From Bacteroidales bacterium (lineage in GTDB: Bacteria > Bacteroidota > Bacteroidia > Bacteroidales > WCHB1-69), in the NCBI GenBank assembly GCA_017649855.1, contig JAGCGA010000032.1, positions 50,230 through 114,229 of the forward strand: a stretch of 64,000 nt of DNA, given 5' to 3'. The notes beneath the pieces are model-generated. The model was not told where the DNA came from, ran no database searches, and worked only from the letters and a program-made list of their open reading frames with translations. Both the position numbers and the translations under genes were made by a program. This document shows, piece after piece, positions 37,252 through 46,360 of this stretch. Each line of letters starts with the position of its first letter. Position 1 is the first letter of the stretch.

Positions 37252-39717
37252 TCATTCCTCTCCTCCATCCTCATTCTCTCCGCTCCGGCTCTTGGACTCC
37301 AGTTCCATCTTGCCAAAACGGAAGGTGATGCCTGCCGAGATGAAGCGGCTGTTGCGCTTGGTTGTCGAGGTAGAGATGAGGTACGGGTTGTTATTCTGGC
37401 TGGTTGTCTTGTTCCAGTTGAAGATGTCTTTCACGTCGAGATGCACCGAGATCTTGCGGTCGAGGAAACTGGCGCGGAGGCCGGCGTCGATGGAGTAGCG
37501 TGGCTTGGTGGTGGTGAACAGGGAGATGCTCTTGGAGCGGTAGTTCGCGGAGGCGAAGACCTCCAGCACCTTCCACAGCTTGGCCCAGTAGTTGATGCGG
37601 AAGCTGTAACCCAGGTTGGAGAACTCGCGAGGGTCGCTCTCGTTGCGGAACCGGTAGAGCGAGTGGTCGTAGTAAACGTTGCCGTAGAAACGGATGCTCA
37701 TGAAGGCCTTGAGCCGGTAGGTGACGTTGACCTCGGCGCCGGTGTTGAGCGACTTGCCCGCGTTGACGGGCATGGAGAAGGAGACGATGCGTCCGAAGAA
37801 GTCGCTGTATGCCACATCGCTGAGCGAGGAGATCTGCCTGTCGCTGTTGCGGAAGTAGGCGGTGACGCCCACAGAGCCGAACTTCTTGAAGAACTTGGTC
37901 CAGCCGGCCTCTACCATGTTGGTGTAGGAGGGCAGCAGGAGCGGGTTGCCCGTGGAGTAGCTCTCTTCACCGTAGTTGATGAAGGTCGAGAGTTGCGAGG
38001 CCGAGGGGGTCCGCACGCGCCGCGTGTAGCTGAGCTTCAGGTTGTGCATGCTCTTGGTGCGGTAGGTCAGGTGCAGGGAGGGGTATAGGTTCCAGTAGGT
38101 CTTGCTGACGTTGTCCTTGGGTGAGTTGAGCAGGTCGTAGCGGTAGTTGTTCACTTCCGAGCGGAGGCCCGCCTTGATGGTGAAGCCGCCGAACTTATGC
38201 TGGATGGTCACGTACTGGCCGGAGCCGAAGTTTTGGTTGCGGGAATCGACAAAGCGGATGGAGTCCAGGACAAACAGATCGTCAGACAGATAGACGAGCG
38301 TATCTTCACGGGAGGTGTTTCCGCCTCTTCCGTAGTTGCCGCTGATGCCCATCGAGATCTCCCCGTTCTTGTGATAGGGGATGGTATAGTCCACACTCGC
38401 ATTGAAACTATAGTTGAATAACTTGACAGTGTCAAAGCAGTACTTGTCCAGATAGTCTTGTGTGAGATAGTCGCGGAAGCTGTGCGATTTGGTGCTGCCG
38501 GCGTTGAAGTTGGTGTTCAGGCTGGCGTCTATCTGGTGTCCCTCCTGGTTGAACTTGTGGCGGAACCAGATGCCGCCGTAGCCGTTGGCACTTAACGATC
38601 TGCTCTCCCCATCATAACCATAGTCGAAAAGTTCTGCTTCGCGATCATCTTCGGGGTACATCTCATAGCGCATCTGGTGTGCAGTGCTGAAACTCCATCG
38701 ACGGTTAGGATGGGTGCCGAGCCAGAAACTCAGCGAGTTGGAGCTGTCGATGGTGTAGGAGCCGTTGAAATGGATGTTGCCATTGATATTGCGGTTCCGG
38801 TTGAAGGTGGTGTCTATCTGGATGCTGGCCGTGTCAAGATCCTTGTTCAGACGGGTCAGATGGCTGTGACTGTTGGTGCGGTTGGCAGCATAGCTGGCGT
38901 TGACGTAGAGGCTGAGGGACAGCTTCTTGTTGGCCCAGACGTATGAAAACCAGGGTGACACGTTGGGGCGTGAGGAGCCGTTGATGCCGAAGCTGATGAA
39001 CTGGTTCTTCTGGATGGCGGCGGTGGTGACGATGTTGATGATGCCGCCGTCGGTGTTGGCGCCGTACTTGGCTGAGGGGTTGGTGATGACCTCAATGCGT
39101 TCGATGCTGTTGGCGGGCATCTGCTGGATGAACTCCTTGAGGGTCTCCGCGGTGAGGTTGGAGGGCTTGTCGTTGAGCCATATCTCCACGGAAGAGACGC
39201 CGCGCAGGGTGATGTTGCCTTCGATGTCAACCTCCACGCCCGGGGCATTCTGCAGGGCGTCGGCGGCGGTGCCCGTCTGCACCATCGGGTCCTCCGACAC
39301 ATTATAGAGCGTCTTCTCACCCTCCATCATGTAGACTGGCTTCTCGGCGGTGACACTCACCTCGCCCAGCATGGTCGCGGCCTTGTGCAGCCAGATGTTC
39401 CCTAGCTGGATGTTGCGGTCACTGCCTCCGACAGTCACGGGGACAGTCTTCAGCTCGTAGCCCACCAGCATGACTTTCAAAAAATAGTTGCCCGCGGGGA
39501 TGTCCTCCAGCAGAAAACGACCGTTGGTTTCGGAGTAGGTGACGGCCACATTGCGCATGGAAGAGTCCGTGGTGGTGAGGCCTACCGTGGCGTAAAAGAT
39601 CTTCTGCCCATTGGCGGTGTCGCAGACCACTCCTTGCAGGCGGTAGTTCTGAGCCGACAAAGTCTGAAGGAGTCCTGCCAGCAGGGCGAATATAAGGTAT
39701 ATCCTAAATTTCTTCAT
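37252..39717 (-). CDS. TonB-dependent receptor with N-terminal carboxypeptidase-regulatory-like domain
   Basis: 821 aa with a signal peptide. It has a CarboxypepD_reg-like start (YRLQGVVCD), a plug motif (ALQNAPGVEVD) and a C-terminal beta-barrel ending ITFRFG. Confidence 0.85.
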   Translation of the reverse strand: MKKFRIYLIFALLAGLLQTLSAQNYRLQGVVCDTANGQKIFYATVGLTTTDSSMRNVAVTYSETNGRFLLEDIPAGNYFLKVMLVGYELKTVPVTVGGSDRNIQLGNIWLHKAATMLGEVSVTAEKPVYMMEGEKTLYNVSEDPMVQTGTAADALQNAPGVEVDIEGNITLRGVSSVEIWLNDKPSNLTAETLKEFIQQMPANSIERIEVITNPSAKYGANTDGGIINIVTTAAIQKNQFISFGINGSSRPNVSPWFSYVWANKKLSLSLYVNASYAANRTNSHSHLTRLNKDLDTASIQIDTTFNRNRNINGNIHFNGSYTIDSSNSLSFWLGTHPNRRWSFSTAHQMRYEMYPEDDREAELFDYGYDGESRSLSANGYGGIWFRHKFNQEGHQIDASLNTNFNAGSTKSHSFRDYLTQDYLDKYCFDTVKLFNYSFNASVDYTIPYHKNGEISMGISGNYGRGGNTSREDTLVYLSDDLFVLDSIRFVDSRNQNFGSGQYVTIQHKFGGFTIKAGLRSEVNNYRYDLLNSPKDNVSKTYWNLYPSLHLTYRTKSMHNLKLSYTRRVRTPSASQLSTFINYGEESYSTGNPLLLPSYTNMVEAGWTKFFKKFGSVGVTAYFRNSDRQISSLSDVAYSDFFGRIVSFSMPVNAGKSLNTGAEVNVTYRLKAFMSIRFYGNVYYDHSLYRFRNESDPREFSNLGYSFRINYWAKLWKVLEVFASANYRSKSISLFTTTKPRYSIDAGLRASFLDRKISVHLDVKDIFNWNKTTSQNNNPYLISTSTTKRNSRFISAGITFRFGKMELESKSRSGENEDGGEE

Positions 39718-39739
39718 GAAGGTTGGGAATTAAAAAGCG

Positions 39740-39747
39740 CAAATGTA
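39740..39747 (-). promoter_or_regulatory. -7 type promoter box TACATTTG
   Basis: Exact TAnnTTTG on the minus strand, 23 nt upstream of the TonB receptor ATG. Confidence 0.5.
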
Positions 39748-39758
39748 TGATTTTTTTT

Positions 39759-39766
39759 TATTTTTG
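39759..39766 (+). promoter_or_regulatory. -7 type promoter box TATTTTTG
   Basis: Exact TAnnTTTG, 21 nt upstream of tRNA-Leu. Confidence 0.5.
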
Positions 39767-39786
39767 CGCCCTCATTTTTGCGGCTT

Positions 39787-39867
39787 GCGGATGTGGCGTA
39801 ATGGTAGCCGCGCCAGACTTAGGATCTGGTGGCGAGAGCCGTGGGGGTTCGAGTCCCCCCATCCGCA
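39787..39867 (+). tRNA. tRNA-Leu (anticodon UAG)
   Basis: Manual cloverleaf. The acceptor stem is GCGGATG/CATCCGC. The anticodon stem CCAGA/TCTGG has loop CTTAGGA. There is a long variable arm (GGC-GAGA-GCC) and a T-arm GGGGG-TTCGAGT-CCCCC. CCA is not encoded. Confidence 0.9.
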
Positions 39868-39892
39868 CTTCACGTTCCCATAATCCAACATA

Positions 39893-40309
39893 ATGATGAA
39901 AATCAAATTTCTAATCGCCGCTCTTTTAGTGCTCCTGATATGTCAATCCAGTTGCACGAAACATAGAAAATGTGAATGTCTTACCCAATATACCAACGTC
40001 TCGGGTGTTTTGATTGCTTATGAAGAGCCTCTAAGATTTGGTGTCAATGGGCAATATCCTGTTTATGGATGCATATTGCCTGGAAATCCTTCGCAAGAAG
40101 AAATTGAACATGCTTTGGAAGGGGTGTTGCCTTCTGGTGGAGAAGGAGTGTTGTACCCTAGTGGAATTAGTTATTTTCTCTTGGCAGGTCCATATCACAA
40201 CTATAAAAGATATCACCTGCAATTGGTGAATGTCGCATTGGGAGAGAATTTACATAATTATTTCGATCAGCCTGCGACATACAATGTTTTCTGTATAGAG
40301 AAAGAATAG
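39893..40309 (+). CDS. hypothetical lipoprotein (AT-richer gene next to the tRNA)
   Basis: 138 aa with a lipobox-like LLICQSSC. Confidence 0.55.
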   Translation: MMKIKFLIAALLVLLICQSSCTKHRKCECLTQYTNVSGVLIAYEEPLRFGVNGQYPVYGCILPGNPSQEEIEHALEGVLPSGGEGVLYPSGISYFLLAGPYHNYKRYHLQLVNVALGENLHNYFDQPATYNVFCIEKE

Positions 40310-40360
40310 GCCTCAACCCTGCTGTGAAGAATCCTATTATAGGGATTCCTTGGAGGTTGC

Positions 40361-40795
40361 TTAGATGTTGCTTACACTGGCAGGCTCGTCGAACCATTCC
40401 GCAATGGTGGCGTTGGCCTTGGCGATAATCTCCGGCGTGATTTTGTCTCTCACCTTGCGGATGACCAACACGATGGCGGTGGTCTCATCCATGACGCCTA
40501 ACAGCTTGAAAACCCGCTGTGGAATCAGGTTGATAGGGGAGATGACGTAAAAGATGCAGCCGTAGATGAGCATCCGGTCGCGGGAGGTCAGCGAAGGGTC
40601 TTTCAGGACATAATAGAAAATCAGGAGTGGCTTGGCGGCGATGCGGCCGGCTTTCTTGCCGTAAATCAGAATCTTGTCCTTCACCGACCGGTACATGCCT
40701 TCCCAGTCGATGTTTTTTAACCGGTCAATCAGATGCTTGGGGTCTCTTCCCGTGAGGATGTACACGAAAATCAAAATCAGGGTTGTGGTAATCAT
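40361..40795 (-). CDS. DUF1232 (YkvA-like) membrane protein
   Basis: 144 aa. YVISPINLIPQRVFKLLGVMDE resembles the DUF1232 core. Confidence 0.6.
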   Translation of the reverse strand: MITTTLILIFVYILTGRDPKHLIDRLKNIDWEGMYRSVKDKILIYGKKAGRIAAKPLLIFYYVLKDPSLTSRDRMLIYGCIFYVISPINLIPQRVFKLLGVMDETTAIVLVIRKVRDKITPEIIAKANATIAEWFDEPASVSNI

Positions 40796-40943
40796 TTGCG
40801 TTCGTTTTTGAAAAAGAATAAAGCCTATAGAGTGGTTGGAAAGGCGATAGTTTAAAGATACGTGAAATCATACAATTACTATGCCAACACTATGCATGTG
40901 GAGGTGAGTTTTTTCATTTGTTGGTGCGTATCCGTAATTTATG

Positions 40944-40951
40944 TACCTTTG
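40944..40951 (+). promoter_or_regulatory. -7 type promoter box TACCTTTG
   Basis: Exact TAnnTTTG, 50 nt upstream of the flippase start. Confidence 0.5.
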
Positions 40952-41000
40952 CAGCGTTTTAAGATTTTGTCAGTGACAACGGATAGAAAGGGAAAAGACA

Positions 41001-42320
41001 TTGTTCAATAAGATCATCAACACTTTCGGTACGAAGATAGCGGCGGCCATCCTCAACTTCGCGATTGCGGTGGTCATCTCGCAGATGCTGGGCGACGTGG
41101 GCAAGGGGGTGCAGTCTCTCATGCTGACCACCATCTCCTTCATCCTGATCTTTGCGGAGATAGTCTGTGGCGAGAGTGTGGTCTTCTTGGCATCACGCCA
41201 TCCCTTCTCCAAGATTTTTGTCCCGTCGGTGCTTTGGGCTCTTCTCATCTCCGTGGTGATGGGCATCGGGGTGGCATTGTTCTCCCCGGGAGTCTCCCCG
41301 AATATGGTCGCCCATATCGCAGTGCTCTCGTTCATTGCCTCCGCCAGCGCCATCAACTTCCGATTCCTGATTGGCAAGGAGGAGATCCGGAAGGCCAACT
41401 ATAACACTTTGTTGCAGCCGGTGCTGATAGCGCTAACCGTCATCATCTACTATGTGGTGCTCAAGAAGAGCGACATCTATGGCTACGTGATAGGACTCTA
41501 CTTGGCTTACGGATGCTCTTTTTTGTTGGGAGTCTGGATGTTGCGAGATGAGTATAAGGCATTGCGTCTGTTTGCGCTGAAGGAATACAAGGCGGTACTC
41601 GCGGATCTCTTCAAGTATGGTTTCCTGAACCAGACGGGCCATTTCGTACAGTTCTTCAACCTGCGTTTGAATTACTATCTGCTCTATGCCTACATGGACG
41701 AAGGCCGGGTGGGGGTCTATTCCAATGCAGTCTCCTTGGCCGAGGCCATCTGGATCATCAGCAACAGTATCGCCTTGGTGCAGTATGCCCGGATTTCCAA
41801 TGTGGATGACAGGGCTTATTCCCAAAGACTGACCTTGCAGCTGGGTAAGATATGCCTGCTGGTCTCTTCCTGTGCGGTGCTGGCACTGGCGTTGCTTCCT
41901 TCGGCATTCTATTGCTTTGTCTTTGGACCCGAGTTTGGAGAGATGTCAGGGCTGATACGCATCTTGGCTCCGGGGGTCTTGCTCTATTGCATCTTCTTGA
42001 TCTTGGGGCACTACTACTCCGGCACGGGCCGCTATCAGATGAACACCTTCGCGGCCCTCTGTGGTCTGCTGATGACTTGCGTGTTGGGCTTCACGCTTAT
42101 TCCACGCTTTGATATCCGTGGGGCTGCCCTCACTGCCTCCGTGGCCTACTCGGTTAACGCGCTCTTCCTGCTCGTCATGTTTGTCAGAGAGTCCCGCTTC
42201 CGCTGCCGGGACTTCCTGCTGACCCGTCAGGAGTTGAAGGATTATCTGACAGAAGCGAAGAGACGCTTGGGCGCAGAAAAGAAAAAGGATTACGAACTAC
42301 GGCAAGATGCCGAAAAATAA
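41001..42320 (+). CDS. polysaccharide biosynthesis flippase (MOP/Wzx family)
   Basis: 439 aa and multi-TM throughout. The TTG start comes from the ORF track, and the first in-frame ATG would remove TM1. Confidence 0.7.
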   Translation: MFNKIINTFGTKIAAAILNFAIAVVISQMLGDVGKGVQSLMLTTISFILIFAEIVCGESVVFLASRHPFSKIFVPSVLWALLISVVMGIGVALFSPGVSPNMVAHIAVLSFIASASAINFRFLIGKEEIRKANYNTLLQPVLIALTVIIYYVVLKKSDIYGYVIGLYLAYGCSFLLGVWMLRDEYKALRLFALKEYKAVLADLFKYGFLNQTGHFVQFFNLRLNYYLLYAYMDEGRVGVYSNAVSLAEAIWIISNSIALVQYARISNVDDRAYSQRLTLQLGKICLLVSSCAVLALALLPSAFYCFVFGPEFGEMSGLIRILAPGVLLYCIFLILGHYYSGTGRYQMNTFAALCGLLMTCVLGFTLIPRFDIRGAALTASVAYSVNALFLLVMFVRESRFRCRDFLLTRQELKDYLTEAKRRLGAEKKKDYELRQDAEK

Positions 42321-42326
42321 TAGCGT

Positions 42327-43145
42327 ATGAAATTATCATCCATAAAGAAAGGTTTTAAGGCGTTGGGGCTGGTCTGCCGGCATCCATATCTGCTGAATGC
42401 TGTCGTCAACGATGAGGGCGTGCGCCACGAGGAGGTGGTGAAGCGATATGGGCTGCAGGACGGATTGCCCGTGGTGGAGATCCAGAAGTTGTTTCCAGAC
42501 TTCTCCGAGAGGGTGTCCCCGTATGCCTATCTCTCCGGAGCGACCATGCCCATTGACCTGGCACTGCTTCGGATGCTGGCGCGGCGCCAAGGGGTGCGCG
42601 ACTACTTCGAGATTGGCACGTGGCGCGGGGAGAGTGCCGCCAATATGGCCGCTGTGGCCGAACACTGCACCACCTTCAATCTGCCCAAAGAGAAGATCGT
42701 GGAACTGACCCACAACGAACGCTACGCCGACCTCCATGGCTTCTTCTCCCAGAAGCTTCCGAATGTGACCCATCTTTATGGCGACTCGCAGACCTTTGAT
42801 TTCACCCCCTATCACCAGGCTTTTGACATGGTCTTCATTGATGGGGACCATCATTACGAGGCAGTGAAGAGGGACACCGAGACCGCCTTTCAGCTGTTGC
42901 GCGATGATCATTCAGTGATTGTATGGCACGACTATGCGCTGGATCCTGAAACTGTCCGCTGGAACGTGCTGCTGGCCATTCTGGACGGCGCCCCCGCCGA
43001 CAAGCGCAAAAATCTGTACCATGTCTCCAACACGCTCTGTGCCGTCTATATCCCTGAAGATCTTCCGACGGGGCCGCTGATGCCATACGAAAAGCCTCAG
43101 AAATATTTTGATGTGACCATCGAATCGCATCCCTGCCAATCATAA
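42327..43145 (+). CDS. class I SAM-dependent methyltransferase
   Basis: 272 aa. Motifs seen: EIGTWRGES and FIDGDHHYEAV. Confidence 0.7.
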   Translation: MKLSSIKKGFKALGLVCRHPYLLNAVVNDEGVRHEEVVKRYGLQDGLPVVEIQKLFPDFSERVSPYAYLSGATMPIDLALLRMLARRQGVRDYFEIGTWRGESAANMAAVAEHCTTFNLPKEKIVELTHNERYADLHGFFSQKLPNVTHLYGDSQTFDFTPYHQAFDMVFIDGDHHYEAVKRDTETAFQLLRDDHSVIVWHDYALDPETVRWNVLLAILDGAPADKRKNLYHVSNTLCAVYIPEDLPTGPLMPYEKPQKYFDVTIESHPCQS

Positions 43146-43151
43146 CCAACC

Positions 43152-43166
43152 CAAAGTCAAAGTTCA
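43152..43166. repeat. CAAAGTCAAAGTTCA word motif copy
   Basis: Read directly in the 41-bp spacer after the methyltransferase stop. Confidence 0.8.
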
Positions 43167-43186
43167 GATTATAGTTTTCTCTGCTC

Positions 43187-44344
43187 ATGAACATCCTTCA
43201 TCTCTTAAGCTGGTTTCCAACCCCTGACGATCCCACGCTGGGCAACTTCTGCATCCGGCAGATTGAGTCTTTGCCCGAGGAGTGCCATTCCGTCATCTTG
43301 TCGGTCTATGCCGACCCCAAGGCGGAGGAGACGAAGGTGGTGGAGATGAAGGCGGAGCGATACACCCATGTGCAAGTGCGTTTCCCGGCGCCTCGTTTCC
43401 CGATAGAGACCGTGCGCAAGGGATGGCGCAAATGGCGCATTTACCGGCTCTACCAACGCGGCCTAGACTATGTGCGAGAACACTATTTCGTTCCTGACCT
43501 CATCCATCTTCATGTGGCATATCCTTTGGGCCGGATTGTGCTCCGCTGGCATCAGCGTTATCAGATTCCGTATCTGTTGACAGAGCATTGGACCATCTAC
43601 CAGCCGCAAAACGATGCCCTGTTGAAAGGTCGTCTCCGAAGACGGGTGGTGCGTATCGCCAATGCTGCGGGGGCTATCCTGCCGGTGAGTGACGACCTGC
43701 GGCGCAATATGGAGCGGGTGGGGGTGCGCAATCAGTTCCAGGTCATCTACAATGTCGTGGACACCAGTCGCTTCGTCTCCGCTTCTCCTTCCAGAACGGA
43801 TGGCAAGAAGAGACTTCTCCATATCTCCACCCTGCGTGACGAGGCCAAGAATTTCTCTGGCTTGCTGCGCGTGATGGAACGGATGAAGGAGGTGCGCCAG
43901 GATTTTGAACTCCATGTCATCCATGACTATCCTGCCCCTGATTTTGAAGAATTTGTGCGCCAGCATGGCCTTTCCGACTATGTCATCTTCCATGGTCGTC
44001 AGACATCCGAGGGGGTGGCCCGCTTCTTTTCGCAAAGCGACCTTTTTGTGCTGTTTTCCAATTTTGAAAATCTCCCCTGTGTCATCGTGGAGTCGTTTGC
44101 CTCGGGAGTGCCGGTGCTTTCCACGGATGTGGGTGGCATAGCCGAAATCGTCAGTCCCGAGCGCGGCATGCTGGTCCATGCAGGCGATGAGGATGCCCTC
44201 CTGAGCCGACTGCTATATCTGTTGGATCATCTGGATGAATACGATACTGCAGCCATCCGGCAATATGCCGTTGACACTTTCAGCAAAGAGGAAATAGGAG
44301 GCCAGATATACCGGCAGTATCAAAAACTATTGAAAGTACTCTAG
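43187..44344 (+). CDS. glycosyltransferase family 4 (GT-B fold)
   Basis: 385 aa. ENLPCVIVESFASGVPVLSTDVGG gives the E-x7-E motif. Confidence 0.8.
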   Translation: MNILHLLSWFPTPDDPTLGNFCIRQIESLPEECHSVILSVYADPKAEETKVVEMKAERYTHVQVRFPAPRFPIETVRKGWRKWRIYRLYQRGLDYVREHYFVPDLIHLHVAYPLGRIVLRWHQRYQIPYLLTEHWTIYQPQNDALLKGRLRRRVVRIANAAGAILPVSDDLRRNMERVGVRNQFQVIYNVVDTSRFVSASPSRTDGKKRLLHISTLRDEAKNFSGLLRVMERMKEVRQDFELHVIHDYPAPDFEEFVRQHGLSDYVIFHGRQTSEGVARFFSQSDLFVLFSNFENLPCVIVESFASGVPVLSTDVGGIAEIVSPERGMLVHAGDEDALLSRLLYLLDHLDEYDTAAIRQYAVDTFSKEEIGGQIYRQYQKLLKVL

Positions 44345-44797
44345 AGAGATTCCAAAATCGCTGATGCCTTTCACCTCGTCTTCCCGCATCCCTTGGGTGA
44401 TGGAGAAGGTATAGGTGCCGTTGAAGGGGAAACGGACTTTCGGCTGGAAGAGGAACTTGTTGTCCTTGATGCGGCCTTGCCCTTTGCCGGTCCATTTGCC
44501 GTAGGGATCACAGAGGATGAAGCCCAGTGTGTCCTGCTCGGAATGGCCGTCCGGGTAGGTGGTGCGCATGAAGACGTAGAAGTTCTGTGTCTCAAAGTCG
44601 GTGGTGTTCCGAAGGTGTATGTACATGTTATAGTACTGCATGGAGTCCTCGATGTTCACCGTGAAGGAGAGGGGCTGGTCGATGGCCCATTTCTCGCCGG
44701 GGATGGACTGTATGTCACTATAGAAGACATTGCGCTGGCAGCCGACCATGAGAAGTAGAAAGCACAGCAGGGATAATATAAGATGATTGATTCTCAT
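44327..44797 (-). CDS. gldH: gliding motility / T9SS-associated lipoprotein GldH
   Basis: 156 aa with a lipobox (LLMVGC). The pattern YYNMYIHLRNT..F..QNFYVF...YPDG...DTL...DPYGKWTGKG...GTYTFSITQGMRE matches GldH. Confidence 0.8.
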   Translation of the reverse strand: MRINHLILSLLCFLLLMVGCQRNVFYSDIQSIPGEKWAIDQPLSFTVNIEDSMQYYNMYIHLRNTTDFETQNFYVFMRTTYPDGHSEQDTLGFILCDPYGKWTGKGQGRIKDNKFLFQPKVRFPFNGTYTFSITQGMREDEVKGISDFGISLEYFQ

Positions 44798-44801
44798 TGT
44801 G

Positions 44802-46229
44802 TTATGCGTCTGTAAGGCGTTTAAGCTCGTCCGCGTTGTAGTTGTTGCCTTCGTCGAACTTCTTCTGGTTCACAATGGCAAAGTCTTCCAACTTTTCCGG
44901 GATATTGCCTTTTTCGTTCATCTCGATAATCTGTTTCACTTTGTCCAAGGGGATGGCGAAGATGTTGGAGGAGTCGTTGGCGTAGGTGTACCAGACAATC
45001 TTTTTGAAGATGTCGATTTTGTTATAGATGCCTTTGCCTTTTTTGGTCTTGAGTTGGACATTCGAAGAGGGGAAGTCGCTCAGCTCTTTCTTGTAGGTCT
45101 CCTGCTCGAAGTTGAGGCAGCATTTGAGTTTGCCGCACATGCCGGCGAGTTTCTGGGGGTTGAGCGAGAGCTGCTGGGTGCGGGCGGTGTAGGTGGAGAC
45201 AGACTGGAAGTTGGAAAGCCAGGAGGAGCAGCAGAGTTCGCGGCCGCAGGAGCCGAGTCCGCCCAGACGGGCAGCCTCCTGACGGACACCGATTTGGCGC
45301 ATCTCGATGCGGATGTGGAAGTGCTCTGCCAAAATCTTGATCAGCTCACGGAAGTCCACCCGCTCTTCAGCGGAGTAGTAGAAGATGGCCTTGGTGCCAT
45401 CTCCCTGATATTCCACATCGTTGACCTTCATTTTCAAATCCAGATCCCAAGCGGTATATCTGGACGACAGCATGGTGTCGTGCTCTTTCTGGACGGTGGC
45501 GATCCACTCTTCAATGTCTGCGTAACGGGCCAGGCGATATAGCTTCTTCGTCACGTCGGCAGGGTTGATGTGCTTGTGTTCCAGTTGGCGCTTGACTTGC
45601 AAACCCAGCATGGAGATGATGCCGATGTCGTGGCCGGTGTTGGCCTCGACTGCTACGATGTCCCCGACTTTGAAGACATGGTCGGGAGGAAGGAGGAAGA
45701 AGTCCTTGTGGCTGTTCTTGAAGCGCACCTCAGCGATAGGGAATTCCAGATAATCCAAAGAGATGTCCAGTTTCTCTATCCAGTCGTGGGAGGGTAGCTT
45801 GCAAGCATTGTAGTTGTATTGTCGGCAGTGTGAAGACTCCGGGTCTGGCAGGTCGCTCAGGCCACGGGTGAGGAAGATGTTGCTGGAGATCTTCTGGGAC
45901 TCGGTGGACATGCCCGTGCGGACATCCATGTCCAGATATTTCTCCCAGTCCTCTTCGGGGTTCTGGTAGGTGTCTTCAGCATCGACGACCTTGCCCGGCT
46001 TTTTGCTCTTGTAGGTCCTGGCAATCTGATCTGCTTCTTCGTTGTCGATTTCTTCTTCAGTGGCCTCTTCAACTGCAGTGGGGACCTCCTCGTCTTGGAG
46101 GCGGGGCGCTTCAGTCACCGGCTCTTCTACGGGAGCGGTGTCTTGTGCCGTTTCAGGCTGTGCAGGCTTGTTCTGGCCGTTATGATTGTTATGGTTGTGA
46201 CGATATCTTTTCTTGTTGTTATCTTTCAT
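44802..46229 (-). CDS. PSP1 domain protein (RicT/YaaT-like) with long acidic N-terminal extension
   Basis: 475 aa. The C-terminal region has a Cys cluster (GSCGRELCCSSWL...GMCGKLKCCLNFE) typical of PSP1/RicT. Confidence 0.7.
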   Translation of the reverse strand: MKDNNKKRYRHNHNNHNGQNKPAQPETAQDTAPVEEPVTEAPRLQDEEVPTAVEEATEEEIDNEEADQIARTYKSKKPGKVVDAEDTYQNPEEDWEKYLDMDVRTGMSTESQKISSNIFLTRGLSDLPDPESSHCRQYNYNACKLPSHDWIEKLDISLDYLEFPIAEVRFKNSHKDFFLLPPDHVFKVGDIVAVEANTGHDIGIISMLGLQVKRQLEHKHINPADVTKKLYRLARYADIEEWIATVQKEHDTMLSSRYTAWDLDLKMKVNDVEYQGDGTKAIFYYSAEERVDFRELIKILAEHFHIRIEMRQIGVRQEAARLGGLGSCGRELCCSSWLSNFQSVSTYTARTQQLSLNPQKLAGMCGKLKCCLNFEQETYKKELSDFPSSNVQLKTKKGKGIYNKIDIFKKIVWYTYANDSSNIFAIPLDKVKQIIEMNEKGNIPEKLEDFAIVNQKKFDEGNNYNADELKRLTDA

Positions 46230-46360
46230 TCAAAAGGTTCTTTTTCGGGCTGCAAAAGTACAAAAATATTGTGAGATGGGGTCGCTCCGCTGCCGGGAAT
46301 TTTTACCTTCATGCTGCCTGGCGCTAAAGAGTTCGTGTTTTGGATTTCGGGCGGGTTGTT

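Noticed and set aside
40329-40348. Hairpin GAATCC...GGATTC between convergent genes, as a possible terminator
   Set aside because: The stem is only 6 bp once a viable loop is allowed, and there is no U-tract on either strand.
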